From: an uncultured Holophagae bacterium
GTDB taxonomy: Bacteria > Acidobacteriota > Thermoanaerobaculia > Thermoanaerobaculales > Sulfomarinibacteraceae
Length of the DNA stretch: 64,000 nucleotides
NCBI GenBank assembly: GCA_963844865.1
Contig: CAWJPY010000006.1
Location: 187,421 to 251,420 of the forward strand
Direction: 5' to 3'
Numbering within the stretch: position 1 is the stretch's first letter; each line of letters starts with the position of its first letter. This document shows, in pieces, positions 9,451 through 21,524 of the stretch. The notes under the pieces were generated by a model. That model ran no database searches. It was not told where the DNA came from and saw only the letters and a program-made list of their open reading frames with translations. The translations under genes and the position numbers were made by a program.

Positions 9451-10548
9451 ATGCGCCTGCTCCATGCCATCGACCGCGCACGCCTCGGCAGCGGCGCCGC
9501 GGTACAGATGCTGGAAGCGGCGGCCGAGCTCTCCCGTCGGGGGCATGAGGTCACCGTCGCGGCGCGACCCGGCGACACCCTGGAGGCCGCCTGCGCGCGG
9601 CTCGAGCTTCCCTTCCTGGGCCTGCCCTTCCGGCACGAGGCCGACCTCGTTTCGGCGTGGCGCCTGCGCCCACGGCTGCGTCGGACGGACGTGGTCCACG
9701 TCCACAAGGGGACAGCCCACGCCGTGGTTCTCGAGGCGGCCGCCGGCCTCGGGCGTCTGCCGGCCGTGGTGGTCAACCGCGGCGTCTCCTTCCCCCTCAC
9801 CGTCCTCAACCGCTGGAAGTACCGCCACCCCAGGGTGCGTGCGGTGGTTGCCGTCGCCGAGGCGGTGCGACGCGTGGTGATCGCGTCGTCCGGCGTCCGC
9901 GCGGAGCGGGTGCACACCATCCACGCCGGCACCGATCCGGTCCGGTTCGACCCGACCCGCGTCCACGGGCGACGGGTCCGGCGCGAGCTCGGGATCGACG
10001 ACGACGAGCTCCTCATCGGGCAGGTGTCGAGCCGCCACTGGAAGGGGTGGCGGGACCTGGTGGCGGCCTTCTCCGTCCTGGCCCGCGAGCGGGCTGGGTG
10101 CTCGCTGCTCCTCGCAGACTGCGAGCCGGCGAGCACGCGCCGCGAGATCGCCGCGCTGGTCGCGGAGGTCGGCCTCTCCCGCAGAGTGCACACCGTCGGC
10201 TTCCGCCACGATCTGCCCGACGTCCTCGCCGCCTGCGACATCGTGGTCGACGCCTCCTGGGACGGCACCGGGATCACCGGCGTCGTGCGCGAGGCCATGA
10301 TGCTGGAGCGCGCCGTGGTGGCCACCGACATCGGCGGCAACGGGGAGCTCGTGATCCACGGCGAGGTGGGCCTGTTGGTTCCCGCGCACGACCCGCGAGG
10401 GCTGGCCGAGGCGCTGGACCGCCTGCTCGGCGACGACGAGCTGCGCAGGACGTTGGGCCGCCGCGCCCGACAGCGCGTGTTGGCGGGCTTCACCACCGCG
10501 CGTCGGGTGGATCTCCTGGAAAATCTGTACCGCAAAGTTGTTGGCTAG
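9451..10548 (+). CDS. Glycosyltransferase family 4 (GT-B, GT1 superfamily)
   Basis: N-terminal MRLLHAI...GGAAVQMLEAAAELSRRGHEV and a C-terminal EGTGITGVVREAMMLERAVVATDIGG block (E-x7-E-like). The ORF is open from GTG 9415, so the start is uncertain. Confidence 0.8.
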   Translation: MRLLHAIDRARLGSGAAVQMLEAAAELSRRGHEVTVAARPGDTLEAACARLELPFLGLPFRHEADLVSAWRLRPRLRRTDVVHVHKGTAHAVVLEAAAGLGRLPAVVVNRGVSFPLTVLNRWKYRHPRVRAVVAVAEAVRRVVIASSGVRAERVHTIHAGTDPVRFDPTRVHGRRVRRELGIDDDELLIGQVSSRHWKGWRDLVAAFSVLARERAGCSLLLADCEPASTRREIAALVAEVGLSRRVHTVGFRHDLPDVLAACDIVVDASWDGTGITGVVREAMMLERAVVATDIGGNGELVIHGEVGLLVPAHDPRGLAEALDRLLGDDELRRTLGRRARQRVLAGFTTARRVDLLENLYRKVVG

Positions 10549-10706
10549 AAGCCTGCTCATCGTGACTCTCGAGGTCTTCGAGAGGAGGCACACACGCAGC
10601 AACCAGCGGCGGCGACAGCGTCCGCCTCAGCGACAGCAGGCAGCGATCAGGGAGCGGCGGACAGCGATCGGCCCGAGCCGCGCGACACGTCAGTGAACGT
10701 GGGCCA

Positions 10707-11060
10707 TCAGCGCGTGGGGTTGAGAAGCCGCCACGTCATCGCCCGCACCTCATCGAAACTTTCGAGCGCGGTAGCAGTCTCGGAAGGATCAACAGCCCCC
10801 GCCGCAGCCAGGAGCCGCAGATGGCTGTCGACCTCCTTGGCCGAGCCGTAGGCGATTCGCCAATACTGTGCGCGATCTCGGCCGGACCTTCCTTGGCCTT
10901 CCGCGAGGTTGGCCGGCACCGAGCTCGCCGAGCGGATGACCTGGTCGGCAATCGACTTGAGTGGAGCCGGTATGCGCATGACGAGCTTGATAGCCGCGCC
11001 GGCTGCATCAAGGGCCTTGCGATGGGCAATGAGGTCGCTGGTGGCGAGGACGTCGGGCAT
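10707..11060 (-). CDS. Four-helix bundle protein (23S rRNA intervening-sequence protein / Avd-like family)
   Basis: SIADQVIRSASSVPANLAEGQGR...YWRIAYGSAKEVDSHL is the family signature. ATG 11060 is preceded by GGAGGTGAAC. The long N-terminal extension of ORF 10707..11438 is low-complexity repeat translation. Confidence 0.85.
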   Translation of the reverse strand: MPDVLATSDLIAHRKALDAAGAAIKLVMRIPAPLKSIADQVIRSASSVPANLAEGQGRSGRDRAQYWRIAYGSAKEVDSHLRLLAAAGAVDPSETATALESFDEVRAMTWRLLNPTR

Positions 11061-11095
11061 GTTCACCTCCGGGTCGTTCATGCCTCTCCCGAAAG

Positions 11096-11190
11096 CCGGT
11101 GGCCAGCCCACGTCAAGGGTGCGGAGCCAGCCGGTCCTCGACCGGCTCGCCCTCGACGAGGGCGAGCCCTTGACATGGGCTGGCCACCGG
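11096..11190 (-). other. Compound hairpin in the 5' leader of the four-helix-bundle gene (24-bp outer stem enclosing two inner hairpins)
   Basis: CCGGTGGCCAGCCCACGTCAAGGG (11096-11119) pairs with CCCTTGACATGGGCTGGCCACCGG (11167-11190). The single mismatch is C-A on the plus strand but G-U on the minus (gene) strand. Inner stems are GCCGGT/ACCGGC and CTCGCCCTC/GAGGGCGAG. Confidence 0.6.
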
Positions 11191-11515
11191 TTACTTCTTC
11201 CGCCGAACGACCCGGAGGTGGCCACGCGGTCTCGCGCCATCCACCATCTGCCCATGGAACGCGTCACAGACTGGCACTGAATCTGAGACTGCTCGACTGA
11301 CGACTGTCGCTGGCACCGTCGCTGACACTGTGGGTGCCCCTGCCACTGTCTCTGTTGCCGAGCTGATCTCGTAGGAATGCACGCGCAATCAAGCGCCGCG
11401 AAGCAGCAACCGGCGACGGCGACAGCGGACCGCATCAACGTCGGGAATCAGCGCCGGTCGGCAGTGTCGGCGAGCAGCGATCAGCGGCAGCAAGCGGTGT
11501 CCGCCACAGAGGTAC

Positions 11516-11590
11516 TGGCTCCGCAGGAGGGATTTGAACCCCCAACCTAGTGGTTAACAGCCACCCGCTCTACCGTTGAGCTACTGCGGA
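11516..11590 (-). tRNA. tRNA-Asn (anticodon GTT), CCA encoded
   Basis: Manual cloverleaf: acceptor TCCGCAG/CTGCGGA, D stem GCTC/GAGC, anticodon loop CTGTTAA, T loop TTCAAAT, discriminator G, then CCA. Total 75 nt. Confidence 0.9.
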
Positions 11591-11633
11591 GCACAACCGG
11601 CGAAGGCTCATTGTAGGTTTCGGTCGCCGATTG

Positions 11634-12437
11634 TCAACCGGCGGACGGGCGCTCCAGCACGAAGGTGAGCCGCTCCGTCGGAGCGCGGCGGAGCGCCTCG
11701 GACAGCGCCTCCCGGGAGGAGAAGCGCGCCCCGGCCGTCCGTCGCCCCTCGCAGTGCAGGCGCACCCGTTCTCCCTCCAGGGGCCAGGGGTGGACCCGCC
11801 AGACCACCCCGTCCTCACTGCTCACTCGGATCTCCTGCAGCTCACCGGACGGGCTGTGCGCGGTGACCGTGAACGGCGCCCCGAGCTGGGCGCAGAGGTA
11901 CACCGAGATGCTGTCACACGCCTCCAGGAGCGCCAGGCTGGCCTCCCAGGCTGCGCCTTCGAGGTAGGGCCGGTAGCGTGCATCGACCCTCAGGCCCTCC
12001 CGCCAGGTCGCCTGCAGGCGCTCCATCTCGGCCCGAAACGCCTGGGCCGCCCGCGCCCCCGTGGTGTCCTCACGGTCGAGGAGAGCCCCCGTCTTCCGGT
12101 CCACCAACCTGCTGTGGTGGGCCGCCACCAACAGCCCCGCGTAGCGGCTGTGCTCGGCGGCCCGGGCGACGCTCGAACGCCAGATGTCCAGATGCGCCGC
12201 CGGCGGCATGCGGTCGAAGGTGACCGGCCGGCCGTCCTCGTCCACGCCCGGGTCGGGATCGAAGTCGGTCCAGCCACCGTCGTGCAGCAGCACCGCGGCG
12301 AGCACCTCGGCTCGAGGCGCCGGCCGCGCAAAGGCCCGGTTCCCCCAGTGCTCCGCGATCTGCCAGGCCAGCCAGGCATGGGAGACCTGGGTGATCAGGA
12401 GGGGGCCCGCCGGGTCGCGCTCGCGGTGCAGGAACAC
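11634..12437 (-). CDS. DUF3891-like hypothetical protein
   Basis: The C-terminal 267 codons of the 980-aa minus-strand ORF carry LITQVSHAWLAWQIAEHWGN...LLHDGGWTDFD. GTG 12437 is the proposed start. The family call is from memory. Confidence 0.55.
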   Translation of the reverse strand: MFLHRERDPAGPLLITQVSHAWLAWQIAEHWGNRAFARPAPRAEVLAAVLLHDGGWTDFDPDPGVDEDGRPVTFDRMPPAAHLDIWRSSVARAAEHSRYAGLLVAAHHSRLVDRKTGALLDREDTTGARAAQAFRAEMERLQATWREGLRVDARYRPYLEGAAWEASLALLEACDSISVYLCAQLGAPFTVTAHSPSGELQEIRVSSEDGVVWRVHPWPLEGERVRLHCEGRRTAGARFSSREALSEALRRAPTERLTFVLERPSAG

Positions 12438-12602
12438 GGGCGCATTGTACCCGTTCCTCTGCCGCGTCCGTGCCCGGTGCGACCCGCCGGCCCAGACGCG
12501 GACCAGGGGCGCGGACACGGATTCGGGCGCGAGCGCGGAGGCGGACGCGGGAAGTCCCCCATCCCCGCCTCTCTCCAGGGTGTCGCGTGTTACTCTTTGC
12601 CC

Positions 12603-15713
<3,111 letters not shown>

Positions 15714-15721
15714 ACGAATAA

Positions 15722-15746
15722 AACCGCGCTCAAGCGCGGTTTTTTC
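15722..15746 (+). terminator. Rho-independent terminator after tRNA-fMet (AACCGCGC-TCAA-GCGCGGTT + T5)
   Basis: Perfect 8-bp stem followed by TTTTT, 10 nt after the tRNA 3' end. Confidence 0.85.
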
Positions 15747-15906
15747 GTTTGGTTGCCCGCACCACGACCCCGGGAACGGTGGCGGGTGTTGCCGAGGGGG
15801 TCGCAGGCCCGGCAGAAATCCGAGTCGGCTGCAGTCTCGCCCCTCGTCTACGATGCTGCCGCGAAATTAATCTGCATCCCGCCGGGCCGGAGAGGGGGAA
15901 GGACCG

Positions 15907-16164
15907 GTCGTATTGCTTGATCGCCCATGTGTTCGTCAGATGTACTTGGTAGCCGGCATCCATCAGTCCGTCCACCAGCCAATACCAGTTGTATGTCGAC
16001 TCCACCGCGATGCCCTCGATCTCTTCCCGGAACGGCTCTAAGAATTCCAGGACCAAGTCGAGATCGTTGCCGATCCGCTTCTCCTTCACGACCTGTTGGC
16101 CCTCCACGAAAACAGAGACCCAGCAATTGTTTGAGTGCAGATCGATACCACAGTACAGTGCCAT
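15907..16164 (-). mobile_element. IS110-family transposase, N-terminal fragment only (truncated)
   Basis: MALYCGIDLHSNNCWVSV...IAVESTYNWYWLVDGL...HLTNTWAIKQY matches the DEDD N-terminal domain of IS110 transposases. Similarity is lost after about 86 codons and the C-terminal domain is absent. Confidence 0.75.
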
Positions 16165-16611
16165 TGGCTCCTCCTTCTCCCACTGCTATCCACAGCGGGT
16201 ACTGTTTTCCCAACAGAGAGCGTAATCGCTCTCCGAAGGGGGAGCCTTCTAGAGGATTCTCAGGAGAAACAAAGTTAACAAAGTTGCTGACTGGTACCAG
16301 ACGGGACCGTGCGGCATGAATCGACCACTGGATTCCACCGCAGAAACGCCGCGAACCTGTCCAAGGTTTGGGGTCCACCTCTGGTATCTGGATCGATGGC
16401 ATCTCTGCAAGCCGCGGCGGATGAAGGAGGGCTAGCCCAGATCATTCATGAGCTGTCGGCTGCGAACGTCGATGCATCCGCGCCAGGCGTGTTTTCTCAC
16501 CTTGGGGTGCTCAACGTACCGACCAGTACGCCTCCGCGCCCCAAGGCGAGAAAGCCCACCTGGCATCGGCGCCTCGCCGCCCTCGCTTCGATACCTCATG
16601 AACCATCCGGG

Positions 16612-18132
16612 CTAGCGTCGAGCGCTGAGAGTCTCTCTTTGGAGGACCTTTCCGTTCAGAATCACCTTCTCGATGGAGTCGTAGGCGCTCAGATCTTCAA
16701 GCGGGTTCTTGCGCAGCAGGAGCAGATCGGCGCGCCTGCCGACTTCAACGCTTCCGACTTCGTTCTCGAGGCCGAAGGCTTTGGCATTGTCGAGGGTGGC
16801 AGCGCGGAAAATGGCGGCGAGCGGCACTCCGCCGCGAGCCCAGGCCTGCATTTCCCAGTAGCCCGCAAGCCCCGGAGGATGACTCCAGCCAAAACCACCG
16901 ACGGCGGAATCGGTACCGAGAAGAAATCGGGCACCTCGCTGCTGCCAGCGACCCATCTCTCTCTCGAAGCGCTGATTGACGAAGTCCAGCGCGCTTGCAA
17001 CTTCGATGGCGAGGCCGTCCTCGCCGAGTGAAGTCCCGGCAATCTGGCGGCCGAAAATCCGAAGGAAAAGGCCCTTCTGCACCTGCGCTTCGGTGCGCAG
17101 GTAATTCACATACGTCGCCGGTAGGACGTCGAGAAGCGCCGGGTCGTCGAGCAGGGTGTCGTCGAAGAGGGTCGCGGTACCGCGGAGCGTCTGCGCCGTC
17201 GGCTGAATCCAGATGCCGCTCGCCGCCACCTCGTCGCCCAGCGCCGTGATTTCAGGAAGGATACTCCCGCCATTGCGAAAGCTCCCCGGCCACTCCCACA
17301 GACCGTGGGCCAGGATATCGACGCCTGTCGCCAGGGCGAAACGGTAGCCGGCCGGGGTGGTGGCGTGCAACACAACGGGCATGCCGCGCTGGTGCGCCTC
17401 CTGCACGACTTCCCGGACGATCTGCTCTGAGGGCAGTGCGAAGCTTGGGCGTTCCGGCCCCGGCCACCACAAGGCCTCCTCGTAGTAGAGCTTGACGCAG
17501 CGGCCTCCGTGTTCCGCGATTGTCGCAACTGTGGCGGCTGGAGTGTGGTCCTCGGGCTCGAAGCCCGCCGGCAAATTCGGGGTCGTGAAGCGGTCGTGAA
17601 GAAAATTGGGATACGCGGCGAAGAACTCCCCCGCATCGTCGAAGTCGGTGGCCATGAAATCGTTCGAGAGCACGAGTCCTTGACCGCAATGATAAAGGTC
17701 GGGGTGCTCCGACGCGTCCTCGAAGCGCTGGTTGGTGGCGAAATCGGCGTTGAGCTCGATAACCGAGGTGTAGCCGAAGTAGAGAAGGCTGCGCGGCAAC
17801 TGCTCGCGGTAGGCGGCGATGAGTTCATCGTAGTGCTCGGTGTAGCGCCGGCTGAGACCGGGTGCGTGGTAGAGGTGGACGTGGCTGTCGATGAGGCCGG
17901 GAATCAGGAAACGGCCCGAGCCGTCGATCGTTTCCTTGGCCGCCCGAGCCTTGCCTGCCGCCTCGATGCTGGTGATCCTGCCCTGGTCGACGCAGACATC
18001 GGCCTGAAAGGGCGCAGGGCGATCGGCCGAAACCACCGTCACGTTCTCGAAACAGAGGTCCGCCGGGGGAGCGGTCGCGCCGCAGGCACCAAGAGATACC
18101 AAAGCGGCCATGAGGATCAGTTTCCTTGTCAT
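16612..18132 (-). CDS. Amidohydrolase family lipoprotein
   Basis: Lipoprotein signal MTRKLILMAALVSLGAC, metal-binding PGLIDSHVHLYH near the N-terminus and GTDS...RADLLLL near the C-terminus. Confidence 0.85.
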   Translation of the reverse strand: MTRKLILMAALVSLGACGATAPPADLCFENVTVVSADRPAPFQADVCVDQGRITSIEAAGKARAAKETIDGSGRFLIPGLIDSHVHLYHAPGLSRRYTEHYDELIAAYREQLPRSLLYFGYTSVIELNADFATNQRFEDASEHPDLYHCGQGLVLSNDFMATDFDDAGEFFAAYPNFLHDRFTTPNLPAGFEPEDHTPAATVATIAEHGGRCVKLYYEEALWWPGPERPSFALPSEQIVREVVQEAHQRGMPVVLHATTPAGYRFALATGVDILAHGLWEWPGSFRNGGSILPEITALGDEVAASGIWIQPTAQTLRGTATLFDDTLLDDPALLDVLPATYVNYLRTEAQVQKGLFLRIFGRQIAGTSLGEDGLAIEVASALDFVNQRFEREMGRWQQRGARFLLGTDSAVGGFGWSHPPGLAGYWEMQAWARGGVPLAAIFRAATLDNAKAFGLENEVGSVEVGRRADLLLLRKNPLEDLSAYDSIEKVILNGKVLQRETLSARR

Positions 18133-18290
18133 CTGCCAGAAACTCGTTTCTTTGGGTTCCGTGGATCACGTCGTTGGGCGAGGTCACTCTCATGGGGAAA
18201 TGATCGATGCCATCAAGTGATACGTGGAACCCGCCCTCTCGGTTCGCGGCGCCGTCGCGCTTCACATCGTCATCCATCGTTTTCGCATGG

Positions 18291-18350
18291 GTGCCAGGTC
18301 CGCAGTTCCGTAGTTGCGAGGCCATAGCTACGGAACTGCGGATCTGGCAC
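18291..18350. repeat. 23-bp inverted repeat (22/23 match) with 14-nt spacer
   Basis: GTGCCAGGTCCGCAGTTCCGTAG ... CTACGGAACTGCGGATCTGGCAC, read directly. It lies between the amidohydrolase start and the methyltransferase fragment. Confidence 0.8.
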
Positions 18351-18379
18351 TTATTCTGACGCCGATGTTCGCCGCCTCC

Positions 18380-18690
18380 TCAGTGCGGGCGGCGCGCCAC
18401 CAGAAAGGCGGTGGTCCCGTTCGCGTCCACATCCGGGCGGGCGATGTCGACGAAACCGGTCTTGGCCATGGCGGCTTCGAGGTCGGCCGAACGCATGATC
18501 ACCACCGGCGGCGCCTTGCCGAGCCACCGCATCGCCGCCAGAATCGGTCGGAAGGGCACCCACGAGTCGGCAAGGCACACCGTCGACGAGGCGAACAGTC
18601 CCCCGGGGCGCAGACGGTCGAAAATCGCCGTGAGCACCTCGCGCCAGTCGGACACGAGGTGCAGGATGTAGGGATAGGAAATTCCTTTCG
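18380..18690 (-). pseudogene. Class I SAM-dependent methyltransferase, C-terminal fragment
   Basis: ISYPYILHLVSDWREVLTAIFDRLRPGGLF is the post-II/III motif region. The N-terminal SAM-binding GxGxG region is missing. Confidence 0.6.
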
Positions 18691-18880
18691 TTCAGTGCCA
18701 GCCTAGCACGGGATTGAGGCGTCTATTCGGGGCCCAAGATGGGATCGGATGCCTCGGACGGTCTCCAATACGGTAGAAACCGGAGCGCGTCCTTGGAAAA
18801 CATGCTTCGAACCCCGGTTCCGCGTCCGGCCGCAGCCGCAATGAACACACCCTGCACAGACGGCCGCGGTCGAGATGGAG

Positions 18881-19814
18881 TCAGGAGGTGGCGGGGGTCG
18901 CCGCGCCTGGCGGTCCGCGGGGAGACCGCGCTTCCGCTTTCGCGAGATGCCTCAGGATCGCGTCGACCACGTCGTGCTCGGTGATGATCGCGACGACCTT
19001 CATCTCCGAGCCGCAGGACGGGCACACCAGCGGATCGACCTCGTAGATCCGCTTGATCAGTTGGGCCCAGCTTCGCCGGAGGGCACGAGCGTCGCGGGCC
19101 TCGGCGCGAGCCGCGCTGGAGTCCGGGTCGGAACCGACACCCTCAACCTTCCCACCTTCAGCCTCCGCCTTCCGCCGCTTGCCCCGCGACACGTTGGAGT
19201 ACCACCCGTAGTACCGCACCAGGTGCCGCCGCGGCTCGGGGATGTGCATGATGACTCGGGCAACAAATTCGGCCGGATCGAAGGCCTCGGCAATGTCGCC
19301 GGCCAGCATGGCCCGACCGTCGTGGCCTCCTTTCGCCCGATAGTGCACCACGCCCTCCCCGCCCCACTGGACCCGCTCGAGGCTGATCGGCGGCCGCATG
19401 ATGTAGCGGGCGAGACGCTCCACCACCGGCTGATCCTCGGGCTCCACCCGCACGCTGTTCTCCACCCCCCTCCCTACACAGACCCACCGGGACGAGCGGG
19501 TGGCCGTAGGGCAGCCACCCGCCCTCTTCAACCCCCATGCCCACGGCCACGGACGCTCGCTCCGGCGGGTTGTGGACCGAAAAGCCGTTGTGCCGCCACG
19601 ACAGCAGCAGCTCGGTGCGCTCCTCGGTAAGAAGCCCGACGTCCCGAAGCACGCGCATCACCTTGTGGCGATAGAGCAGCTCGGCGGCATACTCATCGAC
19701 ATACGCGATCGGCACCCACTCCCAGTCGCGCCTCCAACCACCACGGGACACCAGTGCGTGCACGTGCGGGTGCCATCTCGCCAGATGGCCCGCGGTCTGC
19801 ACCACCGCCACCAT
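18881..19814 (-). mobile_element. IS91-family (Y2, rolling-circle) transposase pseudogene, 5'-truncated and frame-disrupted
   Basis: VQTAGHLARWHPHVHALVSRGG and SWRHNGFSVHN lie in frame A (19158..19814). RLARYIMRPPISLERV...LVRYYGWYSNVSRGKR...CPSCGSEMKVVAII lies in frame B (18881..19531). The N-terminal zinc-binding part is absent. Confidence 0.8.
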
Positions 19815-20118
19815 CCCCGGGCGCAGGGTCTCCTCACCCGTAGGCTTCGGTGTCGTCGCGGTGGACGACGACCCTGAAGACGAAACTCCCTACTTCTTCC
19901 CGGCACCGGTGATCTTCGCCGACGGCTTCGAACTCGGAAACCCCTCGGCCTGGAGCGGCACCACGCCCTGAGCCCCGTCTGGATGGGTGCGATGGGATGG
20001 GGTTGATCTGATGGGTGCCACCTATCAAGGGTGGCACCTATCCTATTCGTTTACGATCAAGGCTGTCTCCGCGTGAACCGAATCCCGCCCACGGCGGCTC
20101 TCCGCCGGCGGAGCTGGG

Positions 20119-21144
20119 CTAGGGGCAAAGATCCTGGCAAGCGTTCCACTCATCCTGGAAGATCCGCCAACACTCCATCAGGGCGTCGATACCATCCTCG
20201 AGGTCAGGGTCTTGGAATTTGTGGTCCTCCTGCTTCCAACAGTTGATCTGAAAGCACTCTCGCAGCGAAGGGTCCGCCCCCGTTCCCGGCAGGGGCTCGG
20301 GGGCCAAGCGCTCGGTGAGATCATCCAGGCAGTCCGCCTCGAGCTCGGGGCAGTCGATCTGAAACGCCCCCTGCTTGGTCGCCGCGCAGGCCCGGAATCC
20401 GATCCTCGCGTTTTTCTCGCAAGCCGACTCCAGCTCGGGACAGCCGGCGCGAAAGAGCCGCCACTCTACGTTGCCACCCGCCGTCTGGTAGATCTGATCC
20501 AAACCTGGAAGAGGCTCCACGTTGGCGTCGAATGTGCCTTCCAGCACGGTTGGGCTACCCCCGGTGTAGCGGCCCTCAAAATAGACCGGCTCGATAACGT
20601 TGTCGCTGCCGCTCCTGGGATCGCTCATCTTGCGGGTGCCCTGGGAGTCGGTGATCTCGATGAGCACCTGGCCGGATTCGGGCACATCCTCCAGCTCGAA
20701 ACCACCCGTGTCGATCCAGTACTTCTTGACGGCGTAGTTGACCCATAACTCCATGTTGCATGCTTTCGGGCCGAGCTTGCGGGCCTTTGCCTGGAGCGTT
20801 CTCGTATCCAGGGTTCGCATCGAGCCTCCGTCACCGCGTTGGATCGCTTCCTGGCTCAAGGTCTCCAGGTAGTCGACGGTGGCGGAGCGGACCTTGTACT
20901 TCACCGTACGCCCCACAGCCTCTTGCCGCTCGAAGTGCACCATCATGGTCCACTCCTTGTGGGCGTTCACAACGACCCGGTCCGCAATGTTCTGGAGTGG
21001 TGAGTCGTCGGGGAGTACCAAGCTCCAGTCGAGCGTGATGAAACCCGACCACGAGTCCTTGGCGGGTTCAGCCCCGGCCGCTACCGTCGAGAGGCTCAAC
21101 AGCAACGCGGTGCCGATTACCGTCACACTTCGAAAGCCAATCAT
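20119..21144 (-). CDS. Secreted hypothetical protein with Cys-rich C-terminus (paralog of the broken gene at 24459-25426)
   Basis: GAGGAG RBS and a signal peptide (ALLLSLSTVAAGA). Blocks shared with 24459-25426: DSWSGFITLDWS/DDWTGMITLEWE, VDYLET, GQVLIEITDSQGTR/GQIVIEITDENGTR and FDANVEP...WRL. I recognise no known domain. Confidence 0.75.
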   Translation of the reverse strand: MIGFRSVTVIGTALLLSLSTVAAGAEPAKDSWSGFITLDWSLVLPDDSPLQNIADRVVVNAHKEWTMMVHFERQEAVGRTVKYKVRSATVDYLETLSQEAIQRGDGGSMRTLDTRTLQAKARKLGPKACNMELWVNYAVKKYWIDTGGFELEDVPESGQVLIEITDSQGTRKMSDPRSGSDNVIEPVYFEGRYTGGSPTVLEGTFDANVEPLPGLDQIYQTAGGNVEWRLFRAGCPELESACEKNARIGFRACAATKQGAFQIDCPELEADCLDDLTERLAPEPLPGTGADPSLRECFQINCWKQEDHKFQDPDLEDGIDALMECWRIFQDEWNACQDLCP

Positions 21145-21524
21145 CCCCGTGCTCCTCGCGGCGCGAAGCGCCGGCAGGTTTTCAGTCCCAGAGACGATCG
21201 GACAGGTCTGGCTGCCTGAGCTATTGTAACACCAAATCTGTGCCAGCCTTTAGCCTGATGGGTACGATGGGTACCACGTTCACAATTGTTGAATTGTGAG
21301 GGGGGCTGGGCAGCGATCCCGAGTTCAAGAGGTGGCTCGCCGACCTCGATACGATACTGCGATCTCACGCCGGAGCTGGCGAATCAACAAGTGTGAACGT
21401 GGCACCCGTTGGGCACCCGTTGCGTTAGCGTTTTGGCGATGAGCTCTTCTCGCGGCAGGGTGTGGAGAGGCGGCTTTGAGAGGTCGGGCATTTGCCCTTT
21501 CCCAAAGCTGAACGAAACGGTCGG

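Noticed and set aside
10707-11060. Diversity-generating retroelement, suggested by the Avd-like four-helix-bundle protein
   Set aside because: No reverse transcriptase and no template/variable repeat pair can be seen within the window. The family is much broader than DGR Avd.
10707-11438. Full 243-aa ORF as the four-helix-bundle gene
   Set aside because: The N-terminal 126 codons translate the CGCTG-type repeats and the hairpin (Q/R/C-rich, non-protein-like). A strong RBS precedes the internal ATG at 11060.
16309-17031. 240-aa plus-strand ORF
   Set aside because: Most of it is antisense to the well-supported amidohydrolase gene, and it has no motifs.
19905-19971. Plus-strand tail PVIFADGFELGNPSAWSGTTP*, resembling a common C-terminal extension of secreted proteins
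   Set aside because: Only about 20 codons remain with no upstream ORF. This is probably the stub of a gene destroyed by the IS91 insertion.
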